A DNA stretch of 64,000 bases from Diadema antillarum (taxonomy: Eukaryota). A model generated the notes under the pieces. The model saw nothing but the letters and a program-made list of their open reading frames with translations. It was not told where the DNA came from and searched no databases. Location of the stretch: positions 434,001 through 498,000 of the forward strand of contig NW_027270939.1 of assembly GCF_040938485.1 (NCBI RefSeq), read 5' to 3'. Shown piece after piece: positions 25,701 through 35,632 of the stretch (positions are counted from its first letter, which is position 1; every line of letters starts with the position of its first letter). The translations under genes and the position numbers were made by a program.

Positions 25701-28700
25701 AACACTTTCAAAGAAAGTGTCTTTGCAGGTGCCCACCTACGAAGTTTATTAAACACTATGTTCACATCCCAAATCTCACGATATCTGGGTAACGGTGGGC
25801 GAAGATGAAAAACACCTTTAACGAAACGCGAAATGAGTGGATGTTTTCCAACTGGACAATTATCCTCCAATATCAAAAACGAAGAAAGTGCACTACGTGC
25901 ACTGTTGATAACACTGTAACTACAACTTTCATCATAAAAAAGAACACTTAAAAATTCCAGCACGTCATTTGCTTGTGCTGTTAGATAGTTCAAACTACGC
26001 TTTGTACAAAAGGACTTCCATTTCCTGATGTAAACCCCATACTGCTTTTTTGTAGATTTTCGCCACGATGCTGCGATGATGTCAACTGTTCTTGAATTCA
26101 GTCCATCTCTGCTTAGGGGTTTTCGCAGCACCTGAAACAGAGCAGATCAAGTCTGTCATGCAGGGGGTGAGGTTCTCCCGTTCCAGGGAGCGTAAGCAAC
26201 TCTGCACTATGTCTTAATAACATTGGTCTTTCAGTGGTCAGGGACATTAATACAGGGAACCATGGTTGGGTGGGCCAGTTTGGTACAACTACGATGCCTT
26301 TTGCTTTGTCCTGCCTAATTTTTTGTAGGCATCTTGAGATAAGACAGAAGGGAGGAAAGGCATAGAAATCCAATGGACCCCAATCGAGTGTGAAGGCATC
26401 TACATTTTCTGCCTCTGGGTCTGGCTGCCATGCTACATATCTTTCTACTTGTTTATTTAGCCTTGATGCAAACAAGTCGATTTCTGGGGTACCATAGTGA
26501 CTGGCAATTTCCTGGAATTTTGCTGGATTTAGCATCCATTCAGACCCATCGTTAAACTGTCTTGACCTGTGGTCCGCTTCTACATTTAATTTTCCAGGAA
26601 TGTGGGACGCAGTGATCCAAATGTGCTTATGTATGCACCATTTCCAAATTTCTTTTGCGGCATCATTACAGTTAGGGGACTTAACGCCTCCCATGTTGTT
26701 TAGATATGCTACAGCTGTAGTGTTGTCTACACGCAGCAAAACATGCACATCTCTTAGTTCTTTGCAGTACGACTTGAGACCATGCCCAGCCGCAACTAAT
26801 TCAAGATAATTGATGCCACTATGCTTTGCGTTATGTAGTTCCTTCTCACTCCATCTTCCCCCAGTACTACTGTGGAGGTTTGTGGCGCCCCATCCTGCCC
26901 CACTGGCATCTGAGCGCAATTCTAGATCTGCTTTCTTTCTTTGGATTGGTGCGAAGGCAGTGTGAATGTTCTCTACCCACCACTGAAGCTCCTGTTTTGC
27001 TTCGGTGGATAGTTCCATTTTTCTATCAAAGTGACCTTTGTTTGCCTTCAGAGCTTGAATTTTGTCTTTTTCCAGTTCACGATAGAACAATGGACCATAC
27101 TGTACTGCCGGAAAGCTTGCTACAATCTTTCCGATCACTCGTGCTACTTGCCTAATTGAAGGTCTATTCATATGTAGCAAGTTAGCGCACAGATCTCTGA
27201 TTTCTGTCATTTTTTCTTCTGGCAGACTGATAGACATTTCTACAGTGTCAAGCATAAAACCAAGGAATTTTATTTTCCTGGTCGGATAGAGCACTGATTT
27301 TTCTGGGTGCACCACAAACCCAAGATGTGTGAGAAGGCTTACTGTTGTAGCTATGGATTCCTTCAGTTTCGCTTCACTTTCACTGATCAGTATGGTATCA
27401 TCAAGATATCCAATAACGATGTGGCCCAATCTTCTCAGTGTTGCAAACACTGGTTTCAGTATTTTAGTGAACAAACGGGGGGCTGAGCTAAGCCCATTTG
27501 GCATTGCTTTGAATTGCCAACACTGGTCACTGAAAGTGAAATGTAGGAATTTTCTGTCTCCATCATGTACTGGGACTGAATAGTAGGCATCTCGAAGGTC
27601 GACTGAGGCTAAGAAATTGTTTGGAGATATCAATTCCAGTACTTTGTGAATATTGTCCATCTTGAAATGACGATACACAAGATACTTGTTTAACTCTGAC
27701 AAGTCCAGAATTAACCGTATGCCCCCATTCTTTTTGGGGCGTGGGAATACATTGGAGATGAACTCTCCTTCCACATGACTGCATTGCTCAATAACATTTT
27801 TTGTCTGCAGATTTCTGATTTCTTCATGCACACGAGCATTGTCAATTGAATTTCTCCGAAAGGAGTGAGGATTTCTTGTGCTTGTAGGGGGGAATTTTCC
27901 CTCCTTAAATTCCAATTTCATGCCAGAAATTGAGTTCAGAATGAATTGATCATGTGTCACTGTCCTCCAATTATTTCTAAATAGCCTCAGTCGACCTCCA
28001 ATAGGCCTATCGTGTTTCAATGTACTAGATCTAGTGCCAAGTCTAGTGTGATTAGGTAAGCAGAGATTACTCACCGTTTCGGCGGTATCAGCTCCTACTT
28101 CCTCCGATGGGAGTGCCCCCCTCGCTGGGCTGTCTGTTGAGTTGCCTGGCTCGACGAGCTCAGCGTTTGTGTGTGAGGTGGTGGCTGCCTGCCCCTCCTG
28201 TTGTAATTCTGGCCTAAAAAAGGTCCAGCAGTAGATCCAGCTATCGGTCTGTTATATGCAGCATGCTGAAAACCGCGTCCTCTCTGTGGATACGGCCTAC
28301 TGAGCGAGCGCTGATACGCCGCGATTGGTCTCGCCCTCCCTTGCGATTTCATGACTCCAGCTGCTGCTAGCTGTTGATCTTTCAAGTCCTTGACTTGTTT
28401 TCCTAGATCGTCTCCAAACAGTAGACGGGTAGCAGGGAGTGATGGCTTACACAAATGTGCAAATCTAGAGTTTATGTCTGGTTTGATCAGCTCCTTACGG
28501 AGACAGTTGAGCTCGAAATTCGCGTTGCAAATCAGAGCGAGGGCATCTTGCTGCGTATCAGACATGCGACCTGCTGAGAGCGATCTTGTGAACGCATTTA
28601 ATCCCTTTGTAAGCGATTTTTGCACCCGTTGTAGCTTTAAATCCCGACTCTTGGTCGCTGGTGGCAGAAAATCCCAGATAGGCGGATTCACTTTGGGCAC

Positions 28701-31700
28701 ATCGATGAGTTGACAATTGTTTGGAGAGGGATACTTTCCAACCACATCCTCCAGAACTTTCAGTTCGAGTTGGTGAGTCATGAGATAGGTAGTCGACTTT
28801 GCCACTTCATCGTCTATTGGATCCCCAATGTCAGTGGGCATCGCGAATTTAGCTGCTATGGTGGGGATCTCAAACTGTTCCACTTGGGACTGCGGGATCT
28901 GCTCTGCGTGGTCGAATCCAGACGCAGTATCGTCGTCATGATCTATCATGTACATATCCAGTTGCCCAGTGGGCGAGTTATCCGGCAAGTTCATGTCCGC
29001 GTGTGGCGCGGTTGGATAGTATGCACCCCGCATACTCATATCTTGCTCGCCACTGCCCGTGGCGGTCGCCATGTTGGCCGGCGAACGCGATGAATTTGCG
29101 GTCGCTTGTGGTAGAGCTTCGATAACTTTTGAAAGCAAACTTTCCATTTTGTCAAGCCTTTCGGCGAATTCAGTCATATGAGCAGAAGTTTTTTGCTGTG
29201 AAGATCCCGCTACGGTTTTGGCAGTACCTTTCTTCACCTTCGTATTACTGACCGACGAAGCGATCGTCTTCTTCGCGGTGTTACTGATAGCTACTGCGGC
29301 CTTACCGCTTGCGTGTTTTTCTACCGGGATACCGACCTTGCCGGTGCCCGGAACCAGCGGGCCAGCTTTAGCGGGCGCCGCTGGGGTATTGGGAGAGGCA
29401 GCCGTGCTCGCCTCCATACCGATCGTTAATTTTTTGATAACGGAAACGTGAAATATAGTCTCGAAAGTGACTTACACTTCGACTAAGAGACTTTAAGTTT
29501 CAATATTCCACTAAAGCGCTAACCTATTCTTGAGGATCGCGCCGATATTTTCAGGGGAAAAAACGGGCATCCGAAGCCGTGCTTCAGTGCAAATGCGCCG
29601 TCAACGAATTGGGGAATCTGCGCATGCGTCAGCGGGTCTCTCTTGTCAACGTAATCCCTGACGGAATTACGAAGTATAATTCTATAATCTGTCACAAAAA
29701 CTGCCTTGTTTGCTGATGCTGAGCAAGCCCAGTTTTATATCATGTGTACACTGAAAGCAAAAGGATTGCATTTTGAACTTCAATGCAAATTTTATTGCTA
29801 GTCTACACACTTGATACCTGCTTTTGGACAGTATCAACTCTGAATTCACTTAACAATACCCTCTTTCAAATTACAGGATGTTAATTGGGTCTGAAAAGCT
29901 TGGGCAATGCATCACGTTCTAATCTCCTTTACAGATCCTGTGAAAAGCTGATTAAAGGGTGTGTCAACACTGAAATGTACTGTGCACTTTATGGCGGCTG
30001 ACCCATGCCAAAGTTTGAATGCAAGAGATAGAGAGAGAATCAATATCCACTCACTTTCCAGAGGTGAAGTTGTGAAAGTTGTGGGTGCCAATGTACTTCT
30101 GTAATTGTGTATTCACTTCTGTCATCTTCTCATCTGGAAGGGGAAAAAACAGTAACACTGTATTTATACCAGTAACAAGTTACATCTTCGTCACTGCATG
30201 GAACTGAGATTCAGATTCTTAATAATTAACTTTCACTAAACGTGAGCTGCTGAAGGCCCACGATTTCACCTATCAAAACACAGATTATTTCTAAAAACAA
30301 TCAACAAATAAGACAATGAACACGTTGAAGACGAGTCCTGAGAATACTCGGGCAGGTGTCTATGGGAAATGCGTGTTATAGCTAAATTAGTCCGTCCTCA
30401 ACAGGTTAAGATAAAATTGACACTGGGTTAAAGTGCTTTGAAAAGTATTGTTATTATCCAGGGCTCCACACTAACCAATCTTTTTTTCTACTGTACAACC
30501 TGTCTGACAGACCAGTAGGTGCCCAGTTTTTCCATGTTTTACTGGTCCATTCCTGAAAACGTCTACTGGTCCGACAGTGATTTTTACTGGTCCCGGACCA
30601 TCGGACCTGTGCCAGTGAGCAGCGTTGTATTATCACTTGATATTTGGTCAAGAATATTTATTGAATGACAGAGCCGTCAAAATACTTTGTGAAGAGGGAA
30701 TTCACCTGTGACTCGGTATTTCTCCATAGAGATGTCCTCCAGGGGTGTGAAGGCAAATGTGGGCAGTAAGTACATGTAGGTTCTGTACTCGCAGTTATTT
30801 TTGCTGTTGAATCCCCCCGTCGTCCGCTTCACTCCTATCAGGGGGGAACACAAAAGAGGACAAATTCATTTCTTCACATTCATTCTAGATCAAAGATGAG
30901 AAACTATTGCTCATGTAAGTTTTGAGCTTGACTTATCAAGATGATCTCACATACCGTAGAGAAATGTACTTAGGATCTAGTACTGTATACGCCATATATT
31001 TAGCGAGTCTAAATTTTCGCGAATTGGGACTTACCGACGATTTCGCGAGTGGTTAAATTCGCGATCGTGGAGTGCTGTACTGAACGGAGAAATGTATACG
31101 TGTGGGTCACATTCATATCGGGATCAGAGTCATTATTTTGGCGTGTCTTTAATTTCACGAATAGCACCCGACTCGCGAAATTCGCGAAAATAAAAACCTC
31201 ACAAAATATTTGGCGTATACAGTAAATGGGGGAAAAGGTGTTTGATATAAAGAGACACTTGTTTTATTGTAATGTAGTGTTATGACATTCTGAGACATGA
31301 CAGCTTATTGTTTGTGTCCAAAGCACCTTATTGGTTAATACATATGTTAAGATGCCTATTTGTTTGGATAAATATTTTACATCTGATACAGAATGAGAAA
31401 TATCCCAGTGGGAGAGCAAGAAAAAAAAAGGGGAAAAAATGTAATAAAATAAGACATGACAAGACAAGGAAAGGCAAGACAGAAAAAAACATGAATGATC
31501 ATCCCTACCCATGACTTTAATAGCTTCTGGTAAGTGTTTGTTGATTTTCTCCACAAGATTGTCTAGCAGGAGGAGCTTGAGGGAGACGACCTGACCGGCT
31601 GCCGACACGCCCTTGTCCGTTCGGGCACACCGCTGGAAGTTCATCTTGCCCATGTTTTGACCGTGATCTGGAGGAATGGCACCGGACTTGACCAATGCCT

Positions 31701-33881
31701 TGACCAGGTCTTCCTCGATGGTGGACACTCCAGGATTTCTAGGACAAGAAGAGAAAACAATGGTTGTATAAAAGAGAGAGGTGCTATTTGCTGAGAGTCG
31801 TTTACAAATGCAGACTAAATTAGCCACATTGGGATTTTTCATTTTAATGTTCGCCACGAATCACTGACAAGGCTGCAATTCAGAAAAATGTGCTGAATTA
31901 TCGGGTCTCCTGTGGCTCTGTAGGCCTATGGGTCTGTGGCCACTATACACAGGTTAAAATCTACAGCAGGAAACAAAACTGGTGGCCGCTGTCCGAATTA
32001 GACAGGTGGCTACTATACACAGAGTAACTAACTGGGCTTTTCTCTCGGAGGATTTTTCAGTGGCCCCATAGGGCAGGTGGCCACTACAGACAGGTGGCTG
32101 CGCAGGCAGGTTTGACTGTGTACAAAATTCTGAGAAAATTGAATACAGTCAACCTTGCCTAAGTGGAATCTATTAGGACTGAAGAAATAGCTTTGACTTA
32201 GAGGAAAATTTGACTTCAATATGAGGGATTAAAATCAGTACAGTGAAGAGAAGAGAATATGAAAAGACCTTCGACTTAGGCAATTATTTGACTTATGTAA
32301 GGTCGACTTAAGCAAGGTTGACTGTATACAAATGAATAAGATAAAGTGAATAGATAAATGAAAATATGATTAAGCAAACACAATGAAGGAATTCATCAAT
32401 CGTTCAATTTTTTTCAATCTGAATCAATCCATCTTGGCATATTTCATGTCATCCTGGCAAGCATACTACCTGTACTTACTTCTGCATGCCGACATAGTTG
32501 GCACCGGCATAAGACAGTAACATAGCAACCTTCCTCTTCATAACCTTAGCTGGTCTCTCATCCCTACTTCCATTGGTTGTTGTACTCCCTACATCACTCT
32601 GAAGAGAGAGAGAAAGGGGCAGAAACATAAAGAGTGGTATGAGTTGTTAACTCAAAGCTCTTCAAAAGTTTTCAGGTACAAGGATGTAAGGCTAACATGA
32701 ATATTTCATCACACAATGTACTGTAAGATTTAGGGCTTATGGTAGACATTATTGAATGAACACCAAATTCAGAATATGCTCTTCCTTCAAGGGCATTCCA
32801 CTTTTTCTTCGTCAAAAACTTCATTCCACAGGTTCCTTATACCAGCTTTCTGTTTCTGTACCGTCACAATATCATGAATGACTAATGACATTTTGCAATC
32901 GTTATTAAAAGTATTTTTAATAGGGCTATTATTTGTGTTCTGTCAAAGTGATCATTGATATTAGAACCTTCATCATGTTTTGTACACAGATAGCCAATGC
33001 ATATACTTATAAGTATGCTACAATTCCAGTACCAGTAACACAAAATCTTACAAATGTCTTTCAACAGGTACCTTGGCACAAATGGTGGGTATAGTACTGT
33101 AAAGCATAATTTGACATACATTCTCATTTAATGAATTAAAGGGACTGTACAGTACTGGTTGAGGTGGGGATTCATGTTTTGAACATTCCTAAGTGAGATA
33201 ATGAGAAACCTCTTATGAAATATGAAAGAGCATGTAATTTTAAGAAGGATTCAACGTATATTTGATGAAAATTGGTTTTCAAATGGCCGAGATATCCAAA
33301 AAAGTGATAATAATAAAAGGCGACAGGCCACGCCTTTTATTAGGATCTCTTTGTTTCACCTTGTTTTTGGATATCTCAGCCATTTCAAAACCGATTTTCA
33401 TCAAATATACTTTTGATACCCCTTAGAATTGCATGCTCTTTGACATCTCATAGAGTGGTTTCTGAATATCTTGCAAAACGTTAAAGACTAAATCCTCATC
33501 TCAACCAGAACTGTACACACCCTTTAAATGATTCATTTGATACCAACAAAGACATTCTATACAAATGACAACGAAATATCTCACATACATGTACATTTAC
33601 CGCCTTCATACACACCACAGAAATGAACAGAATCTACACATGCCCACGATGCTTGATTGTAGAAAAAAAGAGAGATATTAAATGATTTTTTTTTTTCATT
33701 TTTAAAAAAAAATAACCAATAATCACTTCACCTCCGTTCTGAGTTTCTTGGAGTCCCCCTGCTCTGTCCCACTGGCTGGTCTCTTGTTTTCTCCCCCCTC
33801 TGCTTTCCCAGCTGACTCCCCGCTTGAGCCCTGCTGTGGGACAGCCGCAGCTGCCGACGCAGAAGGGACGACATCCGCCAT
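18602..33881 (-). CDS. PUS1: tRNA pseudouridine synthase 1 (TruA family), 11 exons, 536 aa from the strong ATG (554 aa from the upstream ATG at 33935)
   Basis: Exons 33881-33732, 32598-32480, 31738-31509, 30834-30706, 30133-30055, 23598-23459, 22939-22824, 22040-21966, 20391-20321, 19681-19576, 18997-18602 join in phase (1611 nt). TruA motifs: [27 protein letters not shown] (catalytic Asp), [35 protein letters not shown]. Confidence 0.95.
19576..19681 (-). CDS. PUS1: PUS1 exon 10
   Basis: (S)[35 protein letters not shown], similar to human SMAQWLSTLPIH. Confidence 0.9.
19682..20320 (-). other. U12-type GT-AG intron 9 of PUS1
   Basis: 5' site GTATCCTTTG at 20320; branch TTCCTTTAC with the A at 19700, 18 nt before the 3' end. 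Confidence 0.88.
19738..19799. repeat. (TTG)n microsatellite inside the U12 intron
   Basis: Direct reading. Confidence 0.95.
20321..20391 (-). CDS. PUS1: PUS1 exon 9
   Basis: [24 protein letters not shown]. Confidence 0.9.
21378..21801. mobile_element. PIF/Harbinger-type MITE
   Basis: Perfect 24-bp TIR GGCTGCGTTCACATAGAAGTATAC with TAA target duplication on both sides. Confidence 0.85.
21966..22040 (-). CDS. PUS1: PUS1 exon 8
   Basis: [25 protein letters not shown]. Confidence 0.9.
22824..22939 (-). CDS. PUS1: PUS1 exon 7
   Basis: [39 protein letters not shown]. Confidence 0.92.
22985..23145. repeat. Degenerate (TCTA/TCTG)n tetranucleotide array
   Basis: Direct reading. Confidence 0.8.
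23459..23598 (-). CDS. PUS1: PUS1 exon 6
   Basis: [47 protein letters not shown]. Confidence 0.93.
24139..24630. repeat. Long inverted repeat (arms about 24139-24329 and 24438-24630)
   Basis: About 190-bp arms, roughly 90% identical by eye, with a loop of about 108 nt. Confidence 0.85.
24907..25024. repeat. DIRS internal complementary region (ICR)
   Basis: 24907-24985 is the exact reverse complement of the 3' terminus 24698-24776, and 24982-25024 is the reverse complement of the 5' terminus 29639-29681; the two halves join at AATT. Confidence 0.92.
25133..26131 (-). CDS. DIRS tyrosine recombinase (phage-integrase family)
   Basis: SAQRVQS (catalytic R), HSTRAA (H-x-x-R), GW...TFRNFY (catalytic Y); 332 aa uninterrupted, no ATG near the start. 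Confidence 0.92.
   Translation of the reverse strand: MLRKPLSRDGLNSRTVDIIAASWRKSTKKQYGVYIRKWKSFCTKRSLNYLTAQANDVLEFLSVLFYDESCSYSVINSARSALSSFLILEDNCPVGKHPLISRFVKGVFHLRPPLPRYREIWDVNIVFNKLRRWAPAKTLSLKVLTWKLCTLMALVSAQRVQSLHNLHLDHMQLKTSFAQFVFKDLLKHSRPGNANLNLSMRAFPPDRRLCVVNYLQHYIKRTSTLRGKERYLFISFKKPHHRVTSQTIARWIKSTLSAAGINTQVYAAHSTRAATTSAARCADLPISQILAQAGWAGERTFRNFYNKPLETRRSYAAAVILSKSNPQLYHQN
26113..28251 (-). CDS. DIRS reverse transcriptase / RNase H / DNA adenine-methyltransferase-like ORF
   Basis: [66 protein letters not shown]; this frame stays open upstream from 28074 to the TAA at 28254-28252. Confidence 0.93.
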   Translation of the reverse strand, partial: QTDSWIYCWTFFRPELQQEGQAATTSHTNAELVEPGNSTDSPARGALPSEEVGADTAETVSNLCLPNHTRLGTRSSTLKHDRPIGGRLRLFRNNWRTVTHDQFILNSISGMKLEFKEGKFPPTSTRNPHSFRRNSIDNARVHEEIRNLQTKNVIEQCSHVEGEFISNVFPRPKKNGGIRLILDLSELNKYLVYRHFKMDNIHKVLELISPNNFLASVDLRDAYYSVPVHDGDRKFLHFTFSDQCWQFKAMPNGLSSAPRLFTKILKPVFATLRRLGHIVIGYLDDTILISESEAKLKESIATTVSLLTHLGFVVHPEKSVLYPTRKIKFLGFMLDTVEMSISLPEEKMTEIRDLCANLLHMNRPSIRQVARVIGKIVASFPAVQYGPLFYRELEKDKIQALKANKGHFDRKMELSTEAKQELQWWVENIHTAFAPIQRKKADLELRSDASGAGWGATNLHSSTGGRWSEKELHNAKHSGINYLELVAAGHGLKSYCKELRDVHVLLRVDNTTAVAYLNNMGGVKSPNCNDAAKEIWKWCIHKHIWITASHIPGKLNVEADHRSRQFNDGSEWMLNPAKFQEIASHYGTPEIDLFASRLNKQVERYVAWQPDPEAENVDAFTLDWGPLDFYAFPPFCLISRCLQKIRQDKAKGIVVVPNWPTQPWFPVLMSLTTERPMLLRHSAELLTLPGTGEPHPLHDRLDLLCFRCCENP
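28095..29417 (-). CDS. DIRS gag-like ORF1
   Basis: 440 aa, first ORF after the left ITR; low-complexity N-terminus, basic C-terminus. Confidence 0.8.
   Translation of the reverse strand: MEASTAASPNTPAAPAKAGPLVPGTGKVGIPVEKHASGKAAVAISNTAKKTIASSVSNTKVKKGTAKTVAGSSQQKTSAHMTEFAERLDKMESLLSKVIEALPQATANSSRSPANMATATGSGEQDMSMRGAYYPTAPHADMNLPDNSPTGQLDMYMIDHDDDTASGFDHAEQIPQSQVEQFEIPTIAAKFAMPTDIGDPIDDEVAKSTTYLMTHQLELKVLEDVVGKYPSPNNCQLIDVPKVNPPIWDFLPPATKSRDLKLQRVQKSLTKGLNAFTRSLSAGRMSDTQQDALALICNANFELNCLRKELIKPDINSRFAHLCKPSLPATRLLFGDDLGKQVKDLKDQQLAAAGVMKSQGRARPIAAYQRSLSRPYPQRGRGFQHAAYNRPIAGSTAGPFLGQNYNRRGRQPPPHTQTLSSSSQATQQTAQRGGHSHRRK
30055..30133 (-). CDS. PUS1: PUS1 exon 5
   Basis: [27 protein letters not shown]. 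Confidence 0.93.
30706..30834 (-). CDS. PUS1: PUS1 exon 4
   Basis: [43 protein letters not shown]. Confidence 0.92.
30981..31224. mobile_element. MITE with TACTGTATACGCCA termini
   Basis: TACTGTATACGCCATATATT ... AATATTTGGCGTATACAGTA. Confidence 0.7.
31509..31738 (-). CDS. PUS1: PUS1 exon 3 (catalytic motif)
   Basis: [15 protein letters not shown]...[21 protein letters not shown]...[10 protein letters not shown]. Confidence 0.95.
32146..32324. mobile_element. Tc1/pogo-like MITE
   Basis: TA|CAGTCAACCTTGC ... GCAAGGTTGACTG|TA. Confidence 0.75.
32480..32598 (-). CDS. PUS1: PUS1 exon 2
   Basis: ...[23 protein letters not shown]. Confidence 0.92.
33140..33523. mobile_element. TTAA-flanked non-autonomous element (Kolobok-like)
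   Basis: TTAA|AGGGACTGTACAG ... CTGTACACACCCT|TTAA; a same-family copy lies at 34451-34828. Confidence 0.65.
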
Positions 33882-33935
33882 TTTGAAAGACGACACGGCA
33901 GACTTGATCAGTCCCCTCAGTGTTTGGCGAATCAT
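33732..33935 (-). CDS. PUS1: PUS1 exon 1, two in-frame ATGs (33935 and 33881)
   Basis: [25 protein letters not shown]...[18 protein letters not shown]; gtgaag donor in phase 0 with exon 2. Confidence 0.8.
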
Positions 33936-34450
33936 CAATGTGAGATTCTACTCTCGCTTCTGCACTCTTTCATGCGCCACACCTGATAGAAAAGGAGGGG
34001 CGATGAAATTAGCACAAAATTCAGAATTCATCCTATTCAAATCATCAAGTGTGCACACAGAACAATGTGAAGTCATTGCTGACTTATATTTGAGCTGGAA
34101 CATTGCAGGGAAATGATAATTTCCTATTGAACATAAAATATTATGATGCACATGTAAATATTTGTCACATCCATTAACTGATAGTAAGTACTGTATCTTC
34201 ATATATAACTGAAGTCAGTGTGCATGATTGGGCAAAGTCACACAGGTACCCTGATAAAACTTTTGCTCTCACACAATATTCATGACATTTACTCTTTTTC
34301 ATATGATATCATGGAGCAGAAATTCTTTTTATCAACCACTCTGATATTACAGTTCAGCAAATGATGACTTTATAAGGAGAGATATAAATCATACAATTTT
34401 ATCATCTAAAAGAATGATGTCATATATTTACAGGAACCAATGTGTGTTAA

Positions 34451-34828
34451 CGGGATGGTACAGTATTGGTGGAGATGATAATTGGGCTTTTAACTTTTTG
34501 CGAAATACCAAGAAAACACTTATGATATAGTACGGAGCATACCATTTTAAGAGGAATTCAAAGTTTATTTGATGAAAATCGGGTTTGGAATGACTGAAAC
34601 ATCCAAAAACAAAGTAAAACAAAGCAATCGTAATAAAGAGTCCCACACTTTATTAGAATCGCTCTTTTTTTGATATCTCAGCCATTTCAAAACCAATTTT
34701 CATCAAATAAACGTTGAATTCCTTATAGAATTACATGCTCTTTCATATTTTCTAAGAGGTTTCTCATTATCTCACCAAAAACTGTTAGAAACCTGAAATT
34801 AGGTCTCAACCAAAACTGTACGATCCCT
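34451..34828. mobile_element. TTAA-flanked element, same family as 33140-33523
   Basis: Shared internal sequence and TTAA flanks. Confidence 0.6.
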
Positions 34829-35444
34829 TTAAGTGACATCATCACCTTGTACAATTTATATGCGACTGTGACTGAGGTGACATTTTAGCAAAAAACATTG
34901 TACATGTACTCCAAGTTGCACACCATTCCATAACCTTAAATTGACATTGAAACCTTGTTATAAAGAGGTCGGATAAAATAAAACCCTATAAAATAACAAA
35001 GCGATTTTGTAGGTCCCAATTCTGTACATTTCTATGTTTTTGTACCCCCCTCCCCCCCCCCCCCCCCCCATACAGTGAGAAACCTGATATGTATAACAAG
35101 GTTGTTGTCATGGTTTTAAGGTCATAAGAATGAGGTTCCCTTGTACATCATTTGATTTCACTGGAGCTCTGTTTTGGTTTGTCTGACAATATTCTCCTAA
35201 TCACACCAACTTGAACACGGAGTGATGCATCCCTTTAAACTTACTTCTATTCTAGTCAATTCTCCTATCAGCAATAAATATATTCAATACAACTGTACAT
35301 GGTTGGCTCAGTATTCATTGTGGTCTAAGAAATAAGCAGTGTGAAAAGACTACAAAGATGGCATTTGTACAGCATTTTTACAAAATCATTTGAAACAGAT
35401 CTATCAATGTGAGCATGAGGGGAAGCTGTGTACCTGTACAAGTA

Positions 35445-35632
35445 CAGCGGACTCCCGTTATAATAACAAAGTCCTCGGGACCGGCAGTTTTCTTTCACTA
35501 TATTGAAATTTTGTTATAAATGAACAAATAAACAATAAAAAGCAAAGAACTGGTAATGTTGTGGCATGAATTTTTATTTTGTTGTAACCGGAATTTTGTT
35601 ATAACCGTGTTTGCTATAACTGGAGTGCACTG
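35445..35632. mobile_element. Tc1/pogo-like MITE
   Basis: TA|CAGCGGACTCCCGTTATA ... TATAACTGGAGTGCACTG|TA. Confidence 0.65.

Larger units (their letters stand above)
24698..29681 (-). mobile_element. Full-length DIRS1-type tyrosine-recombinase retrotransposon
   Basis: gag, RT/RNaseH/MTase and YR ORFs; 52-bp ITRs (29608-29659 and 24766-24817); ICR 24907-25024; AATT at both termini. Confidence 0.95.

Noticed and set aside
26600-29451. Plus-strand ORFs antisense to DIRS gag/pol
   Set aside because: Short, unrecognisable, and expected opposite long coding frames
31264-31857. 197-aa ORF as a standalone gene
   Set aside because: It is PUS1 exon 3 plus read-through into flanking introns
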